Shown here: positions 57,101-64,000 of the stretch, piece by piece | Numbering within the stretch: the stretch's first letter is position 1 | Layout of the letters: every line of letters begins with the position of its first letter | Assembly: GCA_016933595.1 (NCBI GenBank) | Contig: JAFGAQ010000042.1 | Location: 9,715 to 73,714 of the forward strand | From: Opitutales bacterium | Lineage (GTDB): Bacteria; Verrucomicrobiota; Verrucomicrobiia; Opitutales; JAFGAQ01 | Length of the DNA: 64,000 bases | Direction of reading: 5' to 3' | Program-made: the position numbers and the translations under genes | Notes under the pieces: model-generated | Database searches by the model: none | What the model was told of the DNA's origin: nothing | Seen by the model: the letters and a program-made list of their open reading frames with translations, nothing else

Positions 57101-58790
57101 GATGTATGGAACGCATATTGATATTTCCGAGCAGAAGCGGGTTGAGTCGGAGCTCCTCGCTATGAATGGGAGGTTGAAGGAAGCGACCATTGAGGCACAA
57201 AAATTGGCAGAGGCAGCAGAACAGGCGAGCGTTGCCAAAAGTCAGTTTCTTGCGAATATGAGCCATGAGATCCGGACTCCCATGAATGGAGTCATCGGGA
57301 TGGCGGGATTGCTCTTGGATACGGATCTGACGCAGGAACAAAAACGCTATGCCGACCGCATCCGCACGAGCGGTGAGATCCTGCTCGACCTGATCAATGA
57401 TATTCTGGATCTCTCCAAGATCGAGGCGGGAAAGATGGAGCTGGAGGAGGCTGACTTCGATCTCTTGCATCTGCTGGATGATGTGGCTTTCCAGTTCCGC
57501 ATGCGCTGCGAGGAGAAGGGTCTCCGATGGACAATGGAATGTGGCAAGGATGTGCCGCATATTGTGAAAGGTGATCCGGGTCGGCTGAGGCAGGTTCTGG
57601 TGAACCTGCTGGGAAATGCGGTCAAGTTTACCCGTGAGGGTAGTGTGTCCTTGAAGGTGGACAGCGATCGCGAGGATGCAGGCCGATACCAGGTTGCTTT
57701 TGAGGTAAGCGATACCGGAATCGGAATCCCCGAGGACAAACAACGGACACTTTTCGAAAAGTTTTCTCAGGCGGATACGTCCACTGCCAGGATATTCGGA
57801 GGCAGCGGCTTGGGGTTGGCGATATCCCGGCAGCTTTCACGGATGATGGGTGGGTCGATTGCGATGTCCAGTCAGGAGGGGAATGGATCGGTCTTTCGCG
57901 TGGAGCTTACGCTTATGGTTGGCGACTCCCATTCGGAGAACTGGTCGGGACCCGTCCCCGGTCGGAAACGCGCACATTTGGATCGGGATTTGAATCAGTT
58001 GTTTGCGGGTTGTGGGTATCGTGTGCTTTTGGTTGAGGACAATCCGACCAATCAGGAGGTTGCTTCGGGACTTTTGAGGAAAATGGGATTGGAACATGAT
58101 TTTGCCGGCAGTGGCGTCCAGTGTCTGGAAATGCTTGCCCACGGGGGTTATGATCTGGTCTTGCTGGATGTCCAAATGCCGGGGATGGATGGATACGAAA
58201 CCGTCCGGAGAATTCGTTCGGAGTTCGAGGATCGAAGACCGGTCGTGATCGCCTTGACCGCCCACGCGATGGCGGGCGATCGTGAGACATGTCTCGCAGC
58301 AGGAATGGATGACTATTTGGCGAAGCCGATATCCGGACAGCTCCTGGCTGAAGCTTTGGAGCGTTGGCTGGGTGGTAAGGAGCCGGATTTCAATCCCATT
58401 GCCGATACGACGTTATTTTCGAACTCGGCTGAGGTCCCTGATACCTCAGTATTGGATGAGAACGCGATGCTCGAAAACCTGATGGACGACAGAGAGCTTG
58501 CGGCCCGTGTGGCGGGTCGGTTCCTGAATGATTTGGACGGTCAGTTGCAGGCCCTTCACGACGCCTTTTTGAGGAACGATTTGGAGACGGTAAGAGAAGT
58601 GGCGCATTCACTGAAAGGCGGGGCATCCTATTTGGGTGCTTCGAGAATGCGACAAGCCTCGGAGTCGTTGGAGATGAGCATTCGGGAGGGTGTGGTGGAT
58701 CCGCTGAACGCCATGGTAAGCAAAGTGGACGAGGAAGCATCCTTGCTGGTGGAGGCCCTTCGAGTTGCCGGATTCTCTGCGTCACCGTAA
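54174..58790 (+). CDS. hybrid sensor histidine kinase (periplasmic PhnD/SBP-like domain, TM, multiple PAS/PAC, HisKA, HATPase_c, REC, HPt)
   Basis: The N-terminal binding-protein-like segment 'VKVGVLAHRGP...FVSPLSFGGYF' lies between two hydrophobic helices. At least four PAS/PAC units are present ('DGSYRWIEWRSRP', 'SGGWVWVQDRGVV'). H-box 'FLANMSHEIRTPMNGVIGM', 'VSDTGIGIP', 'GSGLGLAISRQL', REC 'VLLVEDNPTNQ...DLVLLDVQMPGMDG' and HPt 'AHSLKGGASYLGA'. The exact start is uncertain. Confidence 0.9.
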   Translation: MESNWTECGAFHRMQPVPRVVGRMVFLVFGLLMLSWVSVPASAGVAAAPAPVNVKVGVLAHRGPDMCVEQWEPHMRYLTENVPGYVFEMVPLDFEAVEGVVRRNEVDFLLTNPAQHAYLDADYGLCAVATLKESADGSSTPLFAGVFIAREGAFVDRDVSVFKDARIAFVSPLSFGGYFAGLCELKRLGMDVREEASEVLFAGTHDEVVNHVLTGKADIGLIRSNTLDRMAGEGRLDLDSIMYWGLKPTDGEYALPHSTDVYPNWPFSALAHVPADLRWGISQALIGMSDVDPASKAAGSGGWSYPLSYASVRECLRYLGADPFRKEPPSVWQAALSKYWPWMLLWVGIAAALATLYIRAARLQHHYRSMASALQRNQDRIDGMSAHSRTFWWEVDLKGVYTALSPVVEAVLGFRPDELVGRRTFYDIHPEEGREAFREHSFAALESGAVFSGVLNPAVSKKGRIVWLSTSASTVLGPDGSPLGYRGMDTDISEQVLAKMAVEESETNFRTFFDTLDDIIVVASQDGHILYANRSLHTKLQYSEQDLHGMHILDLHAKEDHEEARSILADMFKGLRGACPLSLQRKDGSLMPAETRVWFGKWNGVPCIFGLSKDLTFEQEAQQRFEKSFRNNPALMALSSFEDRRFTDVNDAFLKTLGYEREEVIGKTSRELGFFTEGDQLERIVRKLRNEMRVINQEMQVRSKSGQYLDGLFSGETITIQGRKTFLTVMIDITEQKRVERELQAKTDELDRYFTSSLDLLCIANTRGEFVRLNPEWEKVLGYPVDELQGRPFLDFVHPDDLPSTLHAISDLSRQKEVTSFENRYRGKDGSYRWIEWRSRPEGEIIYAVARDVTERKRIEDQLRHERTRLENIIQGTHCGTWEWNVQTGETVFDEMWAEICGYRLDELGTVSVQTWKCLLHPDDVRVSEDALNRHFSGESPYYQCEVRMWHKSGGWVWVQDRGVVKTRDDRGRPLLMYGTHIDISEQKRVESELLAMNGRLKEATIEAQKLAEAAEQASVAKSQFLANMSHEIRTPMNGVIGMAGLLLDTDLTQEQKRYADRIRTSGEILLDLINDILDLSKIEAGKMELEEADFDLLHLLDDVAFQFRMRCEEKGLRWTMECGKDVPHIVKGDPGRLRQVLVNLLGNAVKFTREGSVSLKVDSDREDAGRYQVAFEVSDTGIGIPEDKQRTLFEKFSQADTSTARIFGGSGLGLAISRQLSRMMGGSIAMSSQEGNGSVFRVELTLMVGDSHSENWSGPVPGRKRAHLDRDLNQLFAGCGYRVLLVEDNPTNQEVASGLLRKMGLEHDFAGSGVQCLEMLAHGGYDLVLLDVQMPGMDGYETVRRIRSEFEDRRPVVIALTAHAMAGDRETCLAAGMDDYLAKPISGQLLAEALERWLGGKEPDFNPIADTTLFSNSAEVPDTSVLDENAMLENLMDDRELAARVAGRFLNDLDGQLQALHDAFLRNDLETVREVAHSLKGGASYLGASRMRQASESLEMSIREGVVDPLNAMVSKVDEEASLLVEALRVAGFSASP

Positions 58791-58819
58791 CAGGATTCAC
58801 CCGGGAATAACGAATGGCT

Positions 58820-58838
58820 TCACACGTGTGATTTTTTT
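58820..58838 (+). terminator. weak candidate terminator after the hybrid kinase
   Basis: The palindrome TCACACGTGTGA at 58820-58831 gives only a 4-5 bp usable stem. T7 follows at 58832-58838. Confidence 0.3.
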
Positions 58839-58909
58839 AATGTACAGGGTTTATCACTCGCGAGTGAACGGAGTCTGGCGGGCTTTTGCGCAGATGCTTA
58901 AGCCCTTCC

Positions 58910-59509
58910 CTATGGCAGGGTAAAGCCAGCCGAGTGAACCAGCCAGTGTTCAAGGGCTTGTAAGAGATCAGCGGTATCCTGTCGGGGTTGTTGTTCAGCG
59001 AGAGGTGAAAAGATCGCATCAGCTGCCCGTTGTTGTATGTTGGGACTCAGGGAATTATACCATTCCTGACGAACCGGAAACCCTTCGGATGATGCCAGAA
59101 GATACAGGCTTTTGAGTAGAATTGTATTCGGATCTCCTCCTTTTTCCCATCCGTCGAGGCAACGGTTGATAAGATCAAAAAGGTCCAAGGTTACTTCCAT
59201 GTGGCGAGTGTTCATCACGAGAATCCGTGAGAATCGGCATGCGGTTTCAAACCCGGGTATTGTTGAGGCCATCCGCACCCGTGCAATGATCGCTTCAAAT
59301 CCCGTGAGAAAGGCGATTTGTTCGGTGTTTTTCCGTTCGATCGTTGCGCTTCCGGTTTGGAAGAGATCCGGCATTCCTGTCTTGCGGCGGACGGACTTCC
59401 GCATCAGCGCGGTGATCAATCCATGCTCCCGTGTGTAGAGATTGAATCTGATGAAGGACTCTCCATGGAGATCCTTTGATAAAACGACCGCCGGGGTTTC
59501 GGATTTCAT
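58910..59509 (-). CDS. recO: DNA repair protein RecO
   Basis: 'PAVVLSKDLHGESFIRFNLYTREHGLITALMRKS' fits the RecO N-terminal OB-fold pattern. The position downstream of ybeY is conserved. I chose the ATG at 59509. Confidence 0.65.
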   Translation of the reverse strand: MKSETPAVVLSKDLHGESFIRFNLYTREHGLITALMRKSVRRKTGMPDLFQTGSATIERKNTEQIAFLTGFEAIIARVRMASTIPGFETACRFSRILVMNTRHMEVTLDLFDLINRCLDGWEKGGDPNTILLKSLYLLASSEGFPVRQEWYNSLSPNIQQRAADAIFSPLAEQQPRQDTADLLQALEHWLVHSAGFTLP

Positions 59510-59570
59510 GAATGCAGTCCAATCACTCGGGTTTGGGGTTCTTCCAAGTGTCAACAAGAAGCCTTTTCAA

Positions 59571-60053
59571 TTATGGGCGGGCCTGCGTCTCCTTGATTGA
59601 AAAGCCGGGAATCCGCCCTTCGGATTGAAGGTGTGCCATGGTGGAACGTTCCGCTTTTCGTATGGCCGCGATGTCCGGCTCGGAATGGTCGTCATAACCC
59701 GCCAGATGAAGGCATCCATGCACGATGTAAAGCATCAGTTCCTCAGCGAATGAGGTCTGATGTTTGCGGCAGGCCGACCATGCTCTGGAAACCGATACAC
59801 AGATCTCGCCTGCAAACGCATGCTTGGGATCGCCCGGGAACGTAATAACATCGGTTGGACTGGGGTCGTCGAGAAATTGGGCATGAATCCGCGAGAGCTG
59901 GGGACCCGTCATCAGAGCAATGGAAAGCATTCCCGATGGCATCTTTTTCCCAAGGTAGCTTCGAACGGCTTCAATTGCGTTTTGGAGTTCGCATTCGTTC
60001 CACACGAGACGGCGGTGGGAGCAGGAGACTTCGATGGAGTCTTCAGGATGCAT
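59571..60053 (-). CDS. ybeY: rRNA maturation endoribonuclease YbeY
   Basis: Zinc motif 'IVHGCLHLAGYDDH' and 'TDVITFP'. Confidence 0.9.
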   Translation of the reverse strand: MHPEDSIEVSCSHRRLVWNECELQNAIEAVRSYLGKKMPSGMLSIALMTGPQLSRIHAQFLDDPSPTDVITFPGDPKHAFAGEICVSVSRAWSACRKHQTSFAEELMLYIVHGCLHLAGYDDHSEPDIAAIRKAERSTMAHLQSEGRIPGFSIKETQARP

Positions 60054-62514
60054 TGGTGGGAGAGGCGGCAGCTGATCCTGCGTCGTTATCTTCGGATGGA
60101 GCCTTGCTCGCGACGGGCGCAGGCGGATTCGGTTCGGTAGTTGGCGCGAGGCCTTCTTTCGAAGGTTCGGACTTGTTCGGATCCTGAGGATACTCGATTC
60201 TGGAGTGGAGAATGTTCAGAACGCTTTTCACGAAGCTGGACCGGAGTAAGGCAACTTCCTGAAAAGACAGTGGACAATCATCCAACTGACCGTCTTTGAT
60301 CGCGGTATCGATCAAGGAATCGATCAGGTCCTCCACGCTCTGATGGGTGACTTTTTTAAGGCTTCGGCTGGCTGCTTCCACACTGTCAGCCAGAAATATA
60401 ATGGCGCTCTCTTTGAATTGAGGTCTAGGGCCGTCGTAGCGGTAGTTGCTTTGGTCAATGGGTGTTGGCTCCACATTGTTGCCTTCTGCCTGCTTCTTTG
60501 TTTCGTTGATCGCCTGATAGTAAAAGTAGCGGATCAGAGAGGTGCCGTGGTGTTGGCGAATGACATCGATGATGATGGAAGGGAGCGAATAGGCCCGAGC
60601 GATTTCCACCCCGATTTTGACGTGGTTTTTGATGATGAGTGCGCTCATGGATGGGCGCATGCTATCGTGGGGATTGGTGGATCCGAGGGTTTGGTTCTCG
60701 GCGAAGAACTGAGGTTTCTCCAGTTTTCCAATGTCGTGAAAAAGGGAACAGGTCCGGCAGACCAACGAATTGGCATTGAGCTCCACCGCGGCCTTTTCCG
60801 CTATGTTCGCAACCATCAGACTATGATGGTAGGTGCCGGGGGTTTCCATTTGCATGCGCCGGAGCAGCGGGTGGTTGTAGTCCGTTAGTTCCAGCAGGCT
60901 GACGTCGGAGTAGATCTTGAAGGTGGATTCAAGAATGGGAATGATCCCGACCACGAGCATCCCGTAGACCATGGAAAGGATGATGATGAGCAGGACCCTC
61001 TGTCCCAAAAGGGACAAGCCGATTCCTTCAAACAGTCCCTGCGCAAGGGAGAACAGCGCAAGCACAAGTCCGGCAATGATGGAGGCTTTGACGATTTTGG
61101 TCCGCATCCTCGCGCCACGACTTAAAAGGATCCCGCTGAGGCAGGTCACCATGACAATCAGGAACACCTCGATACCCCCGCCTTGTGTCATGGCATAGAG
61201 GGTGGCGATGAAAAGCGAAACCAGAATCGCCGGGATCGCTCCAATCAATAGATTCACGGTGATCGGACCCAGTAGAAACGGTGGTGCGTATACCAGCAGA
61301 GTGGCGAAGGCGGCGTTTTCACCGAATAAACGGGTTTCCCCAAGTTCACTTACCAAGCGGATTGCGATCATGTTGATAACCAACATCAACGCGGTAAGGG
61401 AGTGCGCGCGGTTTCTCCTGTTGAGCCGGTTGTAGGTAAGTGGAACGAAGATCATTCCGAGGATGGTCGCCACAAAGGTGTAGTAAACCCGTTCCTGCAT
61501 GTAGCGCCCGAGCACAGGGTCGGTTTTCGCCAATGCTCTTCTGTTTTGCTCATAGAAGCTCAGTTTTTCGAGGTCGCGTCCCGAAACGATGGACCCCAGC
61601 TCGATAATCGTATCCCCTTTGGCAACCGACACCTTGATGGGCTCGACTTTGCTGACGGATTCCTCGATCAAACGGGTGTGTCGGACCTCATTGTAGAATA
61701 GATTGGGCACAACCCCTTCTTTCATGATCTCGAACATCGCCTGGTAAATGGTTTCGCTGCGGTCCAACTCTCCCAATGCTCTTCTGAGATTCAGAAGTGC
61801 ATCGGTAACTTTTTGCAGACGGACCTCCACCAAATCATTGTTTTCGGTCTCGAGCTGGATGATCTTGAACTCACCTCTGGATGCGAACCATGGAATGGAT
61901 GGATCCACAATACCGGGTTGGCAAATATTCCATAGTTTGTTCAGTCCATTTTGGAACAGACGGTAGCGTTCCTGTGAGTCCGTCTCACGATAGAGGGTGA
62001 GCAGGCTTTTGACGTCTGGGTGGAACTTCGAGTTGGTGATGATTTCGGCAAGCTCGAGTTCGAGTTTTTCGACCTGGGTTTCCCTTGGAAGTGAGCGGTT
62101 CGCGCGGGAGAAACGCAGGATCTTCTCGTTCAGGGTGTTGATAAACGTTTCGAACTCCGTGAAATGCTGGTAGTTAACGGTGTAGACCGGCGGGATTTCC
62201 TTGCGTCTGATTTCTTTCGCCCGATCGGTGAGGATGCGGCTCTCGTATTCGAACGGAAAATCCGCCACCACCCGGGTGCGTGCTACCTGATCGGGAGCAA
62301 GCCTTGGGCCGGAGGGTGCTTGTCCCCAGAAAGTGACAAAAATGGTTGCCAGAAACGAAATGAATAGAATCAGCAGGACAATGCGCCGACTCGACTCGTA
62401 GAACACGAACTTCTTTTCCGCCCGTTTGTCACGGCTGTGACGGGATCGGGTGGAGGTCCGGTTTTGTCCGGAGAAGAGCCTTTTCAGAAACGAAGCCATG
62501 TGAGCTTTGAACAA
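60043..62514 (-). CDS. pgpH: 7TM-receptor HD/HDIG phosphohydrolase (PgpH/YqfF family, putative cyclic-di-AMP phosphodiesterase)
   Basis: Large extracytoplasmic N-terminal region, seven hydrophobic helices, then the HD domain 'YHHSLMVANIAEKAA...CSLFHDIGKLEKPQFF...IIKNHV...IRQHHGTSLIRYF'. Confidence 0.85.
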   Translation of the reverse strand: MFKAHMASFLKRLFSGQNRTSTRSRHSRDKRAEKKFVFYESSRRIVLLILFISFLATIFVTFWGQAPSGPRLAPDQVARTRVVADFPFEYESRILTDRAKEIRRKEIPPVYTVNYQHFTEFETFINTLNEKILRFSRANRSLPRETQVEKLELELAEIITNSKFHPDVKSLLTLYRETDSQERYRLFQNGLNKLWNICQPGIVDPSIPWFASRGEFKIIQLETENNDLVEVRLQKVTDALLNLRRALGELDRSETIYQAMFEIMKEGVVPNLFYNEVRHTRLIEESVSKVEPIKVSVAKGDTIIELGSIVSGRDLEKLSFYEQNRRALAKTDPVLGRYMQERVYYTFVATILGMIFVPLTYNRLNRRNRAHSLTALMLVINMIAIRLVSELGETRLFGENAAFATLLVYAPPFLLGPITVNLLIGAIPAILVSLFIATLYAMTQGGGIEVFLIVMVTCLSGILLSRGARMRTKIVKASIIAGLVLALFSLAQGLFEGIGLSLLGQRVLLIIILSMVYGMLVVGIIPILESTFKIYSDVSLLELTDYNHPLLRRMQMETPGTYHHSLMVANIAEKAAVELNANSLVCRTCSLFHDIGKLEKPQFFAENQTLGSTNPHDSMRPSMSALIIKNHVKIGVEIARAYSLPSIIIDVIRQHHGTSLIRYFYYQAINETKKQAEGNNVEPTPIDQSNYRYDGPRPQFKESAIIFLADSVEAASRSLKKVTHQSVEDLIDSLIDTAIKDGQLDDCPLSFQEVALLRSSFVKSVLNILHSRIEYPQDPNKSEPSKEGLAPTTEPNPPAPVASKAPSEDNDAGSAAASPTNAS

Positions 62515-62606
62515 TGATCTTCGATGTAACCCCGAAAGATTTCATCGAAACGAACGGATACCATAGGGTGATTGGGTTGGTTCTGCAAGAAAAAGGCCGA
62601 AGCGGA

Positions 62607-63566
62607 TCAATCCGCCAAATTGGCGTGTCGACTGTAGGCCTCAATGATTTTTTGGACCAGCGGGTTCCGGACAACATCGGATTCATCCAGATAGAAAAGC
62701 TTGATTCCGGGTATCCCTCCGAGGACTTCGGTAGCCTGACGAAGTCCGGACCTGCGGGATCGGGGAAGGTCAATTTGGGTGATGTCTCCGGTGATGATCA
62801 TTCTGGCGTTGTCGCCAAGCCGGGTCAAAAACATCATCATCTGCTCGGTTGTGGTGTTCTGCGCCTCATCGAGAATGATGAAGGCGTTGGAAAGCGTTCT
62901 TCCCCGCATGTATGCGAGCGGCGCGATCTCGATCGCGCCTTTTTCGATGATCTTGAGGGTTTCCTCTTTGCCCAGCATGTCATACATCGCATCGTAGAGA
63001 GGGCGCAGGTAGGGGAGAATCTTTTCCTGCAAATCCCCCGGCAGGTAACCCAGCGCTTCACCGGCTTCGACTGCGGGACGCGTGAGGATCACCTTTTCAA
63101 CGCTTCCGGCTAATAGTGCCCGAAGTGCTACTGCCATCGCCAGATAGGTCTTGCCAGTGCCAGCAGGTCCGATCCCGAAAACGATCTCGTTCTTTTCGAT
63201 GAATTTGAGGTATCGCTTTTGGTTAATGGTTTTGGGGACAATGGTTTTGCGGCGGACCTGAATAATCAGCGGTTCTTCAAAGACCTGACGCAATTCCACA
63301 GGATCACCGTGAAGCGTGGTGTCCAGAATGTGCATGAAGTCACTCCGTTTGATTTGGATCCCCTGAATCCTTGCCGCATTCAGGATCTCAAAAAACTCGC
63401 TTGCCTTTTTGACATTGGCATCGGGACCCTCGAATTGAATCCACTCGTCCCGTGTGACAATGCTTACTCCGAGTGCTTGTTCGGCTTGCCGGAGGTTTGC
63501 CTCGCTGGAAACGTAGAGCTGGTCCAGATGTCGGGAATTCTGGAACTGGATGCGTTCGGTGCCCAT
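62607..63566 (-). CDS. phoH: PhoH-family ATPase (PhoH-like, with N-terminal KH-like region)
   Basis: Walker A 'GIGPAGTGKTYLAMA', 'LTRPAVEAGEALGYLPGDL', 'PLAYMRGRTL' and 'FIILDEAQN'. Confidence 0.95.
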   Translation of the reverse strand: MGTERIQFQNSRHLDQLYVSSEANLRQAEQALGVSIVTRDEWIQFEGPDANVKKASEFFEILNAARIQGIQIKRSDFMHILDTTLHGDPVELRQVFEEPLIIQVRRKTIVPKTINQKRYLKFIEKNEIVFGIGPAGTGKTYLAMAVALRALLAGSVEKVILTRPAVEAGEALGYLPGDLQEKILPYLRPLYDAMYDMLGKEETLKIIEKGAIEIAPLAYMRGRTLSNAFIILDEAQNTTTEQMMMFLTRLGDNARMIITGDITQIDLPRSRRSGLRQATEVLGGIPGIKLFYLDESDVVRNPLVQKIIEAYSRHANLAD

Positions 63567-63752
63567 GTCAGCCCTTTCGCATCATGGGATGGCCGGTCGA
63601 TACCGGCCTCTCAGTGACAACACGTTTTTCAACCATTGAGGATACTGTGTGGGATGCTTCCATCTGCGGTGAAACTCCCATCCCTTGTAGATCGTTCCGG
63701 AATTCAAAACAAGACCTAAGTTTGACCGTCCCGCTTAGAGCAACAAGGTGCC

Positions 63753-63780
63753 CGTATACCGCGAAATTCCCGCTTGTCAA
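63753..63780 (-). promoter_or_regulatory. candidate sigma70 promoter for the phoH operon (-35 TTGACA, 16-nt spacer, -10 TATACG on the minus strand)
   Basis: The plus-strand tgtcaa at 63775-63780 and cgtata at 63753-63758 read TTGACA-N16-TATACG on the minus strand, about 185 nt upstream of the phoH ATG. Confidence 0.3.
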
Positions 63781-63842
63781 AAGCGACCAAACCAAACCCG
63801 TGATTCGGGCGATGTCGAAACACGCTCCAACCCTTGTCCCGC

Positions 63843-64000
63843 TTAGAACCTGACTCCGCCTTCCACCCCGAAGGTGAAGGCACTGTCTGTATCAAACTCG
63901 ACAATTTTGTTATCGTCCTGCCTGACTTCTATTTCACGACGGGTCGCAAATTCCGCAAAGGCGCGAACACTGAAGATGTCACGGAAGGTCCGTTTGATCC
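63843..64000 (-). CDS. outer-membrane beta-barrel-type protein, C-terminal end only (5' part lies right of the window)
   Basis: My minus-strand translation of 64000->63843 is ...IKRTFRDIFSVRAFAEFATRREIEVRQDDNKIVEFDTDSAFTFGVEGGVRF*. The frame is open to the window edge. It shows an alternating hydrophobic pattern and a terminal Phe. It is absent from the ORF track because no start codon lies in the window. Confidence 0.45.
   Translation of the reverse strand, partial: IKRTFRDIFSVRAFAEFATRREIEVRQDDNKIVEFDTDSAFTFGVEGGVRF

Noticed and set aside
1-64000. Scan for CRISPR arrays, tRNA/rRNA genes, IS elements, integrases, and defence or toxin-antitoxin genes
   Set aside because: I saw no regularly spaced direct repeats, no cloverleaf-like or rRNA-like segments in the intergenic regions, and no transposase- or integrase-like ORFs. 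The only large repeat is the tandem receptor duplication.

Overview
This 64-kb window looks chromosomal. It has about 48 protein-coding genes at high coding density. By eye I found no rRNA, tRNA, CRISPR array, transposase or integrase. Gene content and the 'LNPFVVES'-type TonB box of the outer-membrane receptors suggest a PVC/Verrucomicrobia-like (Opitutae-like) organism; this is inference only.

Housekeeping genes:
- uxs and secA
- hpf
- gcvT
- tilS-ftsH
- rimO
- a 5S-type carboxyltransferase with a PduO-type adenosyltransferase
- phoH-pgpH-ybeY-recO

Accessory blocks:
- GT4 glycosyltransferase and an aldose epimerase
- AraC/GyrI regulator, then MarR with an MFP-RND-TolC efflux operon
- Four histidine kinases but only one response regulator
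- A znuABC-like metal importer, transcribed divergently from two tandemly duplicated TonB-dependent receptor modules of about 3.6 kb each (promoter, gene and terminator all duplicated)
- A subclass-B1-like metallo-beta-lactamase with Gly at ligand position 116
- A large secreted C10 (streptopain-family) peptidase
- An OlsF-like bifunctional acyltransferase

Most unusual region: a tightly coupled minus-strand operon (43408-40883) encoding a cupin, a double-DUF2249 protein, a 12-TM protein and a DUF59 protein. The 12-TM protein keeps only part of the heme-copper-oxidase subunit I signature. No member of this operon has an established function.

Other points worth checking:
- A small-protein/HDOD/GAF-kinase operon with no response regulator
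- A G9 homopolymer inside the TolC-family gene
- Possibly leaderless promoters for the duplicated receptors
- A 31% GC island upstream of the first receptor
- A 60-bp convergent gene overlap
- An exact 12-nt repeat in the phoH upstream region

All functional calls come from motif recognition by eye. No database search was run.
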